A stretch of DNA of 64,000 nucleotides from Phoronis australis (GCA_002633005.1 NMRA01000102.1:449511-513510), one strand, 5' to 3'. Numbered from the stretch's first letter, positions 48,701 through 58,800 are shown. The notes: generated from the letters alone by a model not told the origin. Numbers and translations are program-made.

Positions 48701-51700
48701 ACTTTGCAGTTGTTTTTTTTTGCACTCATAGTTGTATCTCCTAAACCTACTGCAGGATCCTTGTTAAATTTAGCAAGTGTATTTATATGAAATTGATAAT
48801 GGACGAGGACGACTTTCAGATGAATCTGGCGAACGCTGTACCCTGTAGTGGCAATTTCGTTTTTTCTGTATTCCTTTGCTTCTCTGAATTTTTCGACAGA
48901 TTTTTATGAAATTTGGAGAATAGCTTTCTATTAAGGATTCAATGGCATGCTCCCGTTTTTGGATGGATTTGATGTATTTTGCACCTGTCCATCTAACGCC
49001 CATTTTTATGATACAAATATATACCCGCAGAAGCACACCGTTAGTGATGCATTCGTGGGCGCATTTCAATGCTCTGCGTTGCTCTTGTTAGCATTTGTTC
49101 TGAAGGAATTTTGGGTGGCAAAAAGAGTCCCCAGGGGGTCTTTTGCAAACTTGTATTTGCTTCCACAGAATCCTGGTTCAGTTATTGGTGTGTTGCAAGA
49201 TGAAGACATCACTTTGTCGTCAATTTGGTTATTGCAGTACAAGTCTAACAAATGATTGTCTTGGAAATATTTTGATGTTCCTGGTTATTGCAGTACAAGT
49301 CTAACAAATGATTGTCAATATTTTGATGGTCCTGGTTATTGCAGTACAAGTCTAACAAATGATTGTCAATATTTTGATGGTCCTGGTTATTGCAGTACAA
49401 GTCTAACAAATGATTGTCAATATTTTGATGGTCCTGTTTGAGACCAAATATTGACACTTGTCCCAGACATGCAGAATGATTTTGACAGAGCCCCCTGTGG
49501 GCTTTTTAGAGTCTGGTTCCTGAAAGAGCCCCAGTTTAGGGTTTTGATATTAATACAGGCTCAAGTCGCCAGTAAAAACCATAGAAACGTGTTATCGTGG
49601 TTTTGAAAATGTACTGAATATACCCCTTTGTGCCTCCATTTGGTGATGGCTGTTTATGGAAATTTCTAATTCAAACCATTGCGGAGGTACTTACAAAAAT
49701 TCAAATAGCATTAATTTTGTTAGAACTGTTATCAGCGAGTAACAATAACTGCAGTGTTGTTAGTGATAATGATCTGAAAGTCTCAGTTTCCTATGTAGTT
49801 ATATTAATGAGTATTTTAACATGTAGTTTAATGACTGTTGTTTTAACATAACAGTGTTCTGCAATCAGCAACTTCATAGTTTCACTTCAGTTCATTTAAA
49901 TCCTGTTAGGTGACCAGTGAGTCAGAAGTATGGCAGTGTTATGCTGAGCTGGTCTCTGGCCAACCAGAGCTAACACAAGAAGACAAGGAAAAGGTGATTG
50001 ATGTGGAAAGGAAATTATACATTGTATTGTGTTACTAGGTTTTAATTTCAAGGCATTCTTAAATGTTAGGTGCAACTGATGTCATTAACTGCATAAGGAG
50101 TGTAAAAACATGAAGTCATGGTTTCCATTTTTATGAATTTTTTTGTTATACGCCCACATATTTATATGTGGACGCATTATGCGGTCATCTCCGTCTGTCC
50201 GGCATCCGTCCAGCATCCGCTGCTCTATCTCCGAAACCCTTTGACATACATTCATGAAATTTGGCACATATGTTCCTTTCATCGATGGGACGGCATTTAC
50301 GAACTTTCGGACGGATCCGACCAATGGTGTGCCCCTAGTGGCAAATTTAGTTTTTTACGCTTACCTCTATATCTTCAAAGTTCCTAAACGTATTTTCATA
50401 AAATTTGGCATATAGGCAACCATTAGTGAGATGACGCTATACTTTGGTTTTGGGATGGATTCGATGAAGTTTGCGCCACATAGTGGCCATTTTTGCTGTT
50501 TTCGAGTCTGTTTTTTAGTGTCCACCTTCTATCAACCAAACTGCTCTAAGGATGATTGTGAAAATTGGCATGTATGCTCTTACTATGAAGAGGACGGCTG
50601 ACGATGATTTTCCGATGATTTTGTCTACAGTGGCACCTCCTAGTGGTAGTTTTGTTTTTTGTGCCCGTGGCTGTATCTCCTGAACCGTTTGCAGGATCTT
50701 TGCTAAATTTGGCAAATGTATTTATATTATGTTCACAACGAATGACAACAACTTTCGGACGGATCTGACTACCAGTGTGCCCCTAGTGGCAATTTTAGTT
50801 TTTTATGTTTACCTCTGTATCTTCAAAGGTCCTCAACAGATTTTCAAAAAATTTGGAATATAGGCATCTATTGGTGAGATGATGCTATCCTCCCATTTGC
50901 GGATGGAATCACGGTACTTTGCACCACCTAGTGGCCATTTTTGCTGTTTTCGAGTCTGTTTTTTGGCGTCCACCGGTCAATCAACCAAACCATTCTAACG
51001 ATGATTTTGAAAATTGGCTTGTATGTTCTCAGTGTGAAGAGGGCAGTTGACTATAACGAATTCGACTACTGTGGCACCTCCTAGTGATAGTTTTGTTTTG
51101 TTTTGCGCCCATAGCTGCATCTCCTTAACACACTGCATGATCTTTATTAAATTTAGTAATTGTATTTTTATGAAGCTAACAACAGACGACGTCTTTTAGG
51201 CAGATCCAATGAATGCTGTGCCCCATAGTGGCAATTTTTTTTTTCTGTTTTCCTTCGTTTCTCTAAAGTTTCTTGATTGATATTTATGAAATTTGGTAAA
51301 TAACTTTCTACGATGGCATTTTCCCGTTTTTAGATGGATTTTATGTTTTTGCGCCTTCTAGTGGCTATTTTTATGATACAAATAAACAACCCTAGTAGCA
51401 CACTGTTAGCGGTGCATTCGTGGGTGCATTTCAACGCTCCACGTTGCTCTTGTTTAATTAGGAATATAATATTAGCTCAAAAAGAGAAATATGTCATTTT
51501 GTAATTTCATGAAAAGCATCTGAATTGATTCATACATAACGCAGTACCATGCAGTTATCTTGGAGGTCTGCAAAGTGTCGACAACCAAGGTTTGCTATAG
51601 ATTTACCCGTGTTCTTTTTTCACCCAGGCTGCTCAGTTGTTACAGAAGGCTCAGCGCTGTGTCACTCAACAACTAAACTGGCAGAAGGAAGTCGAGAAGT

Positions 51701-54281
51701 GCCGTAGTGTTTCTGAGATGACACTCAAGGTGGTCAACAGTAAGTGGGTGTCAATTCCTGTTTCTCAGACTGATGGCTGCTTGTAACAATTTGTCTGGTA
51801 AAGCATACTTTGCAAAAATTTGATTGAGATCATGGGTCTGTTTCATAAAAGTGACTTAAAATCTAAGAAATTTGGTCTTGCGTTATTTCTAAGAAGCAAC
51901 TAAAACTCACTCTAGAAAAGAGTTATTAGAAATATCTGAGAATAAACCCATAACTGTTACTTACCAAGAATATTAGTACAAGTTATTTCCAGGCATAAAT
52001 GACTAAAGCTTTATTTGATATATGTGAAGTGAGTGCACAAGACTAAATTTCTGTCTTAAGTCACTTTTAGTTAAACAGACCCCAGGGCTTGTGATGGACA
52101 AACAGACCCCAGGGCCTGTGATGGACAAACAGACCCCAGGACCCATGATGGACAAACAGACCCCTGGGCCTGTGATGGACAAACTTTACACCAGACAACT
52201 CAAATGTTGACCAAAAACGAGGCTTGCTTCAAGTAGAACTTCAAATTTTGTGCATCGAGATTGATTTTCGATTTGAATCTCTACCAAATGAATTGGTGAG
52301 CCATACCCTGAAGTCTGTGTAGGGTCTTCAATTTCATGTGCTGCAGTTTTTACATATACCATAAACTCGTGGGTCATTGCCCATGGTGGTGTAATCGCCC
52401 ATCCCTGACTTTAAGTTTAAGTACCCACTGCTTGAGTAAATAGAAATCAGAACAGTTACGCTCTATTACAGCATACGGGACTATGCAGTCATTGTAACTT
52501 TTACATTGGGGCTTCGGAAAGCACCCGATAGAAGCCTTCTTACGACGTCCTAGTGGTCACCGATGTAGATTTGTCTAGGTGACAAGTTTTCGAATGGCCT
52601 CGTCTGAATTAATTTTTTTGTATCAAGACTCCATTTCCGATGCTTAGTTGAGTTCAGTAGACCAAGTTTTTAGTGTTTGGCAAGAACAGGAGTAAAACTT
52701 CGAGACACGCCATGTATTTTCAGACGGAGCACGTGATTTTGCTAGTTCCCTCCTGGGTTGACCGAGATTTGATTTGACCAATTAATCAAACCCCCCTCTC
52801 ATAATATTGCAACCATACAGCATGTGTGATTATCTCCTGGGTCAACCCATATTTGAATTGAGCAATTAATATTCACTCCCCCCTCTTGTCATATAATTGC
52901 AAACGGTTTGTGTCGGCCGGGAACGAATTGTCTTTGTTTTTAAACCAGCGCCAGATAAACTAAACAGTGAATCAAAAGTTTATTGGGTTTAATACGCAGA
53001 CGACATTAACAACGATGAGACGGGGCCATTAGAGTTCCAACCAAAAACAGTTGTCCAAACAACACTAACAATACAATGGCATGTAGTCCCATTCACTGAT
53101 CTGAAACAGTACTTGATGATACGGTAAGTGGACTGCCATTTGAGCTGCATAAAGCTCCATGGTATGACATTCTGCAACGTGCGAAACAATATATTTGAAA
53201 ACATCCGAGTTTTTAACGTCTCTTGAAATCGCCCTTTCAAAGTTTCTGTTTGAGCCGTGAGAAACTTTGTAGTTGTTGGACTCTGCTGATAAACCAAACT
53301 CACAAGCTCCATGGTCGAATGAACTCCCTGTTGCTTGCCCAGTTCGTTGAAACTTGGACGTAAGCGCTCATCTCTTACGTAATCGCCCATCCTCGACTTT
53401 TCGCCAATTGTTCTTTTTAAGCGCCCACTGCTTGGGTAATCGCCCACACCACTGCTTAAGTTTTCCCCAATTTAAGCGCCCAAGACATTAACCCGCAAGT
53501 TTACGGTAATTGAAGCTTGAGTGTGTTTCTTACTAGATAATTCTTTTCTTTCTGTAGGTTACCAGAGATGTTGTGAAGGTCTTGAAGACAAGGAACATGT
53601 CAAGAAGTTGCTGTCATCTGCTAGACTCCTGGTCAAAGGAGTGCTGTCTAACATAAAGGTAGTGTAGTTATGTTGTCTGCTAGACTCCTAGTCAACGGAG
53701 TGCTGTCTAACATAAAGGTATTGTAGTTTTGTTGATGTTGACCATTGTATATGGAAGCAATTGATGACTGAACTGACTAATGCTAACCTGGTAGTATCTT
53801 TCAATGAGCCATTTCGCTTCCTTTTGCTTAATTGGTGAAGTTGACCATAAAACAGTTTGAAATGTTAGAATTAGAAGGGGGCCATCTGAAGTTTACCTGA
53901 GACAAAGGTTTGCACTGTTATGTAATTTTACCTGTTTAATTTGTCCAAGTTAAATGGATATGAAATCAATGTTCTGAGCGTTAATTGCATAGAGTAGGTA
54001 CCCTTCAGAGTCATGTGACCTAGTAATTACACATCTGTAAAGACTGCTACCCCTACCAGGGCTCGAATACCCGACCTTATACAGTCCATGTGGACACTAT
54101 TGCACTGAGCCATCGGGACGACCTGTTGAACACAGAAATGCAACCAGGCTAATTGTTAATTTTTTGTTTGCAGCAAGCCCAGATTGACCCTGTTACACTT
54201 GAAATGAACAGTGAAGTGGCTGAAAGTGCAGAGAAGTTAGAGAAATCTTTACAAACTGTGATGGGACTACTTGACCAGTAG
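24713..54281 (+). CDS. TTC27: Tetratricopeptide repeat protein 27 (Emw1 family); internal exon(s) probably in the gap at 47087-47763
   Basis: Exons: 24713-24785 (MKFLDAELALLRG), 30169-30491 (YFVQHNWLGP), 30868-31008 (LSVDGE), 33906-34008, 34588-34624, 35515-35639, 38375-38600 (GAMGKRTKFQQ), 39337-39403, 39966-40175, 40541-40663 (ALDVFERLHLWEDVIRCY), 41097-41270 (LYCYLGDV..SARAMRSLG), 44792-44944, 45964-46016 (AWNNL), 46483-46561 (YENWRIWHN), 49910-49993, 51628-51739, 53558-53658, 54174-54281. Junctions are GT-AG and phase-consistent. Confidence 0.92.
24909..26364. mobile_element. Non-autonomous TIR DNA transposon (hAT-like TAGGG termini, 7-bp TSD), spanning an N gap
   Basis: TIRs tagggaggacaa / ttgtcctcccta. 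Direct repeat aatatag at 24902-24908 and 26365-26371. Confidence 0.72.
25543..25927. other. Assembly gap (N run)
   Basis: 385 N. Confidence 1.
26378..28265. mobile_element. Nest of foldback MITEs with two or three distinct terminus types
   Basis: Type A: caggcgtcctc..ctgatcgtccccaatac at 26378 and 27247, inverted at ~27610-27640 and ~28235-28265. Type B: cctaaagtcgtgaa at ~26419 and ~26617, inverted at 27173-27205. Type C: long inverted arms tacaaggtatgacactc (27644) ... gagtgtcataccttgta (28229), with a third arm at 27296-27600. Confidence 0.7.
29300..29645. repeat. ~79-bp GC-rich tandem repeat, about 4 copies, inside a probable hAT-like remnant (28889-29750)
   Basis: Unit ggcgtacccctgccataacccgggtatagggggaagccctgcccaatgtttttaggtcaacatcatgccc.tgtggct. 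Candidate ends taggtttgcgctag / ctagtaccagccta lack a clear TSD. Confidence 0.8.
31543..31638. mobile_element. Small palindromic MITE-like element
   Basis: gtcacttac..gggttcc..gagaaccagttt / aaactggttctcg..ggacccagtaagtgac. Confidence 0.55.
31837..33894 (+). mobile_element. HINE/DINE-like element, copy 4, with a nested second 3' end (32620-32847)
   Basis: 5' ttatccgcccttatttatatgtgggtgcac and monomers with ggcgccccctagtgg. Internal terminus gggcgcatttcaacgctccgcgttgctcttgtt at ~32846; final terminus gggtgcatttcaacgatcttcattgctcttgt at ~33894. Confidence 0.78.
36134..37917. mobile_element. Decayed hAT-like non-autonomous element with nested inserts
   Basis: Imperfect TIRs tagggatatacttagc / gctgggtatattcctg and subterminal cacttgcccag / ctgggcgagt motifs at both ends. 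No clear TSD. Internal 11-bp repeat gtgcacgactg at 36895-36945. Confidence 0.45.
38576..38750 (+). repeat. 55-bp tandem repeat x3 spanning a TTC27 splice donor
   Basis: Unit aacagtctgtgctgttggctatgtg|gt(a/t)(a/g)ttggcttga.tggtgacctagattat. Confidence 0.92.
38945..39138. repeat. Degenerate minisatellite (taatgactgg / tcagtgtg units)
   Basis: taatgactggtcagtgtg.ca recurs. Confidence 0.8.
39665..39800 (-). mobile_element. L2-type LINE/SINE 3' tail remnant
   Basis: Reverse complement reads cagggccttaaaagaggctg..gtgtttccaggttaaataaataaaaaaaataaa. Confidence 0.4.
39812..39950. repeat. 44-bp tandem repeat x3, just upstream of a TTC27 acceptor
   Basis: Unit taaattgtttaaagggagacaacataaaacattattgcatgaat. 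Confidence 0.92.
41591..41881. mobile_element. Partial copy of the hAT MITE at 832-1318
   Basis: Aligns to ~1057-1318 (caaccaagtgtgagcatagcaacattg..gagccttcaga..gctgcataaaggcctg). Confidence 0.85.
41882..44622 (-). mobile_element. Decayed DIRS-type retrotransposon (gag, RT, RNase H, methyltransferase-like remnant), antisense in a TTC27 intron
   Basis: Gag-like ORF at 43856-44215 (..FPQSCDSMAVTRENPAI). RT motifs SIDLKDVYFSI, FAALPQGL and YIDDF at 42800-43010, then SIEFLG. DIRS-type RNase H VQLRMDNTTAVTCFNKLGSR..IWLW..LSATHLP..N. FGNPDIDLFSSHIN at 41890-41940. Many stops and frameshifts; no clear tyrosine recombinase. Confidence 0.82.
45188..45307. repeat. ~120-bp hairpin (miniature inverted-repeat element)
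   Basis: cgaact..aaaatcagggcatatgtaaataacgac ... gtcgttatttacatatgcactgattttagttcg, with an 18-bp perfect stem core. Confidence 0.7.
46895..47086. repeat. 17-bp minisatellite running into the gap
   Basis: Unit cagccctggcatacagt. Confidence 0.92.
47087..47763. other. Assembly gap (N run)
   Basis: 677 N. Confidence 1.
47764..49089 (+). mobile_element. HINE/DINE-like elements, copy 5: nested 3' end at ~48137 plus the host copy ending at ~49089
   Basis: Two 3' termini gggcgcatttcaa(c/t)gctctgcgttgctcttgtt. 47900-48137 closely matches 32620-32847. Confidence 0.75.
49226..49436. repeat. 54-bp tandem repeat, about 4 copies
   Basis: Unit tggttattgcagtacaagtctaacaaatgattgtcaatattttgatggtcc. Confidence 0.92.
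50147..51454 (+). mobile_element. HINE/DINE-like element, copy 6 (best preserved)
   Basis: TT-atacgccc subterminal repeat, palindrome ccacatatttatatgtgg, ccgtc/gtcc microsatellite and eight ~150-bp monomers. 3' gggtgcat, hairpin caacg-ctcca-cgttg and ctcttgtt end in a T-rich target. Confidence 0.85.
51834..52083. mobile_element. PIF/Harbinger-like MITE, about 250 bp
   Basis: TIRs gggtctgtttcataaaagtgacttaa / ttaagtcacttttagttaaacagacccc. Confidence 0.7.
52073..52185. repeat. 27-bp tandem repeat x4 seeded at the MITE right junction
   Basis: Unit aaacagaccccagggc(c/t)tgtgatggac. Confidence 0.88.
52359..53506. mobile_element. pogo/Tigger-like (Tc1/mariner superfamily) non-autonomous element
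   Basis: TA|ccataaactcgtgggtca ... ttaacccgcaagtttacgg|TA, with subterminal taatcgccca / aagcgccca motifs. Confidence 0.7.
53617..53730 (+). repeat. 60-bp duplication spanning a TTC27 splice donor
   Basis: tctgctagactcct(g/a)gtcaa(a/c)ggagtgctgtctaacataaag|gta(g/t)tgtagtt occurs twice. Confidence 0.88.
53990..54120 (-). mobile_element. tRNA-derived SINE remnant
   Basis: Reverse complement tcccgaTGGCTCAGTGCaatag..ggtATTCGAGCCctgg is A-box/B-box-like. A similar remnant lies at ~11910-11960 (-). Confidence 0.5.
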
Positions 54282-54854
54282 TACTTCCAGGTGATCACAC
54301 TGAAGTAATGCTTGGTTTAGGTCGACGTTGAATGATATAGAACTCTTTGGTGTACGGAGAGCACAAAGTGACTTCTGCTTGATTTATCTTTAAACTCTTG
54401 GAACAGATGCCCTAGCAGGGAATTTCTTTCATCTAAGGTACCGTGTGACGCTGGCTTTCGAACTAGCCATTTTTAACATCCCATGGTTCAACAGTGGTAA
54501 CCTGACAGAATGACGCAAGGAAAAACCTCCTACAAACTCATATTCATGAAAATGTTGAACCTGCAATGTACTTTCCCAGTGCAAAAAAAAAAGAATGGTG
54601 TCTTGCAGGTATCCGTTCTAGCAACAAGAAAATGTATGGATAGGCCCTGATGTATTATTGTACTTGCAGTATTGTTGAGCTATGGAAAACCTTTCCATAA
54701 ATCTTACTGGTTAACATATTTCTGGTGAGGCTTTCCCAACTTGGGTCACAAAACCTGTAGTAACTCCCAACATTTCTCTGCATCGAAATGGCCGAAAGTC
54801 ATAAAATGATGAGGTTGGTACAAAGACTAGATGAAATAATTTGCATGTAACTAG

Positions 54855-54893
54855 AATAAAATATTTATTTTCTAAAACTGGACTGTGTTTATT
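54855..54893. terminator. Candidate convergent polyadenylation signals for TTC27 (+) and DNAAF2 (-)
   Basis: AATAAA at 54855-54860 (+), followed by a GT/T-rich tract. TTTATT at 54864-54869 and 54888-54893 reads AATAAA on the minus strand. Confidence 0.5.
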
Positions 54894-55820
54894 TCATGTT
54901 GCACACATTTTGTGCAAAATGTAGCTGCCTGGAATACAAATCTCAGAAATGTTATATACCTCAGGTACCATTAACTAACACAACTCTCAAAACTATCAAA
55001 ATAATTCACTTCATACTCTCACTCGTAATTTCTCACTGTCAGGGTTACCATACTTGTCTGTTAGAGTGCTCATGTCTCAATAATACTGGCACTCTTCAAG
55101 TGAATGACTGCTGCAAGGTACAAGGTCTTTGCAGTTCACAGCAGACCATATGATGGGTATTTGCCACACATTTTGGGTATGTGCTTTTATTTGGACTATG
55201 CATATATTTAAGTGTCATTTTTATCAGTGCAGTCAAATGAATGAATGCAGCAAATTTCAGAGCTCTGTCCTTTTTAAACTAATGGCTCAAAACCAGCATT
55301 CGTGCCACTAACATTGAAACTTTCATTCATTACGCCAGTCATTACATGGTTATTCCAGTACTTTCTTAAAGTAAAATTCAGTTAGTAACTCTCACAAACA
55401 AAAAACAAATATAAAAAAATAACTTCACTATAAAATTAAGCAAACCTGTAGATAAAGTGATGTAACATTTTTCCAGTGCATTAAAATCTCAATTTTTGGC
55501 ATTCAAGCAGTTTCAGTTTCTTTTAAGAAATGAAAATTGCTGAACACCATTATCAAGAACTGATTTGAAAACGAACGCAATCTATTATTTTGGCACACAG
55601 ATGTATAATCAATGATGATACGCCTATGGTAATGACACTATTTAGTGTATTCTGCATTTTGTTATACCCTTTTCATCAACTTCAAACTAAAAAGTATTGC
55701 AATTGCAAACACCAGCAATGAATTCCAATAACACAAAGAGTACTATTGTTCCTATAGTATGCTAAAACTATCACAGCTGTACACTTAAATCTCTCCTAAT
55801 TAACTCAAAACTTCCCACCT

Positions 55821-58800
55821 CTAATCCAGGTCAAACATGACTGTGTTGTCAAACTCAAATGCACACTGAGTTTTATGATTCATCTGATCCAGCTGCACCG
55901 GTTTGTCCTCCCAACTCAAAGATGGCGCTACACCATTCGGTTCTGTCAGCTCTTCAATCAACGAATTATTGGCACCATTTTCTATTGGTGCTTCCTCATC
56001 ATCCGAGTTCAACTCGGATTCACGAATGCTGGCTATTTTGGCAATAGCTGCATTCGTTTCTTCCCTAATTTTTTGACCACGGGGTGAAGTCCTCGGAGAA
56101 CTTGAAATAATGTTGTCGTATTTCTGCCCACTCTCTCCATTCACAATACAGGATGAATTGGAAATTGTGTCTTGACTTTCCTGATCCTCTGCTTCAGTGG
56201 ATTGCATGCTGGAGTCTATATCCGAACTACCAACGATGCCGTTGACTTGGGCACCTGAGTTATCTGTAACAAAAAATCATTGTTAATGTGGTAATTGCTG
56301 TGCTTGGCGCAGGAAGAACTTGGATCAATGTTCATGATAAGGAGAATTGACGACATCAGTGGTTCTTGTACCAGGTGCTGTGAAACTGGCTGAGTTTCAA
56401 TGTTTAAAAACCATTGAGGCATGATGTTGGTTACTAAAGACTCATTGTGAACAGGTCTTTCATTTCATTGAAATAAAAGTCCTGTTTTTCACTTTTCAAT
56501 GACGTAATCATTTTTGGCAATGCAGCAAGTGCACACAGAGTCTCAGTGGTGACTTTTGCATTTACACCATGCATAATATGCCAAGTTGCCTGTACTTTAG
56601 AGCAGTGTTCTTGGAAATTTACAAAAGTTTCACTTTGACAACAACAATTGGATTGAAACGGACAGTTGAGCATAAACAGAGCAAAGCCAGTGAGTTTTTT
56701 TTCCATAAATTATATGTCCTCTATCAGTGTTCTGCTTCAGTACTTAGAAGATTGTGCTGAAGTCACACACCTAACAGTAATACACTTCCAGAACACAACA
56801 AAAATAATGAGACAAAATAACGCAAATTTCCCTGTCATGACTGCCAAGCACAAGCAGAATTCCTCATAACAGTAGCTGGAATGACCAGTTTGCAGGTTCT
56901 CTTCAAGTGATGCATTGCTTTTCCACGCAATTTCACCACTAAGGACACTAATAACGACCTGGAGGCCAACACAAACTGTGCAATGAATTACAAAGGCACC
57001 TGATTACTTTAGTCGTATGTAGTACTGACAACATGTATTACAATACACGCCACATGTTTAACACAGGAACACCATAATCTTACCAGCTTCACCATGTATA
57101 TCCACAGCCTCCTGTGCACTCTCTTCTCTATCCTCCACCTTATTCGTGTTATTACCGCCAGCCAGCAGAGATGCCAGTTTACCCGTCCTGGCGCCGTGCA
57201 CCTCATCACCACTACTACACTCTGACCCAGTGCTGCTATGGCGACGACGTCGCTCCTGACGACTATGCTCCTTTTGTTCTCGTTTCTTCTGACGCCGTCG
57301 CTTGTTTTTCAATGTATTCTTCATGGTTGACACGGACGCGTTGCTCTTGTACGTGACGGTGTCTGTGTGGCTGCTGAAGGACACCGACCGACGCAGCTTG
57401 GGAAATTCGCCGTTTTCGTCGGACTCGGAGATAGTACAGTCACTCCCTCCTGTGCCAATAATCATCATTATAATTTTGGAATAAAATAGTCACCATGGAT
57501 CGCTGCATATTTTTAGCAACACAAAATATCATTAAGCATAAGGATGCCTGTTGCTTTTTAGCCTATTCCGTAGGCTAGACAAGATCAGGCTGATTGTTAG
57601 TTTTGTAAACATTTTGTAAAGCACATGTAGCTGGCTGCTTTACAGAAATAGATGTAAAATTATCAAGAATTTCCCAAACGAAATTGAAACACCGTATTCG
57701 CCCTAATAAGCGCCCAGGGGGCTTAGAAAAAATTTGTTTTGGGGGGCGCTTATAGCCTACATCAGTTGAAACCCAGTCTTCGAAATGGGCAAAATTGGAA
57801 GCTAGGAATCATGAAATTTATACTCTGTGGTGTACTTTAACCTATAACAGACTTCCCACAAAATTGTGGTGCATTGCTATCAAATTTCGTTGTTAAATTA
57901 CAATATTTTTTCAGAAAATTGTGCAGAAATCCCAAGGCAAAAACTCACCGACTGATGCGTCGCTGCCTTACAATTGCCAATATGGCAACTTGGAATTCTT
58001 GAATAAAAATACAGTTTGGACTCTACAAATTACCTAAAATCCTTCTCAAGTTTTCCAAATAGTGTGCCTAAGATTTTAAGTTCCTGTCAAGTCGGGATGA
58101 ACTGCAGATTAAGTCTGAATCTGCACTAGAGCCCAAGACAAGAAAAATCTGGACGAAGACGCGTTGCTTTGAAGTTCGTCTGCGTGTGTGTGCCAAATGA
58201 GTGAGCGCATGCATGTAATCAGAGTTCATTTGCCAGAGTAGCAGGCCTACATGAATGTAGCGCGCGCTTCCTGGCCACGTGCTTTTAACACTGGTCAAGT
58301 TTTTTTATTAGTCTTCGATTCACCGTTTTCACAAGTACAAAGAAATCTGGATTCCTGTTGAAGGAGATCTGTATGGGAAAGAGACAATACAATCCTGACG
58401 ACAAGTACGACGTCTGAAAGGCCTAACCATACTGGAACACGTTCTCATAAGATCAGCAAAACGTTTGCATTCTTTTTGAAGCACTGTGGAAACTTGAAAT
58501 GTATAGTCATGGCTAAATACCAATATAGCAGCGAGGCTTGTGATCTAGAAATTCCGCGCACAATGATTTTTTCAGGACTGTCGGATATTATTGATAAATT
58601 GAAGACATTAGTGTAGAAGTTTAGAACTGTAGGTAAGGTATTTTTCATATGTATACACGTTCATGGGCTAGGCACTTACTTAAGTGAAGTCTGAAAACAC
58701 GTGGGGGGGCGCTTATAGGGGCATGGGCGCTTATTAGGGCGAATACGGTACATAACACTGCTATTTTGTATGTACTTCACAGCAAAACATTTCAATGTCA

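Noticed and set aside
49245-49457. Minus-strand repeat ORF containing HLLDL, resembling the missing TTC27 HRLLDL segment
   Set aside because: It is on the wrong strand and is simply the translation of a 54-bp minisatellite. The plus-strand frame stops early and shows no similarity.
52989-53447. 152-aa ORF as a transposase
   Set aside because: No HTH or DDE motifs are recognisable, and it lies within a non-autonomous element.
54040-54120. Functional tRNA gene
   Set aside because: Only A/B-box-like words are present and no cloverleaf can be folded, so it is treated as a SINE remnant.
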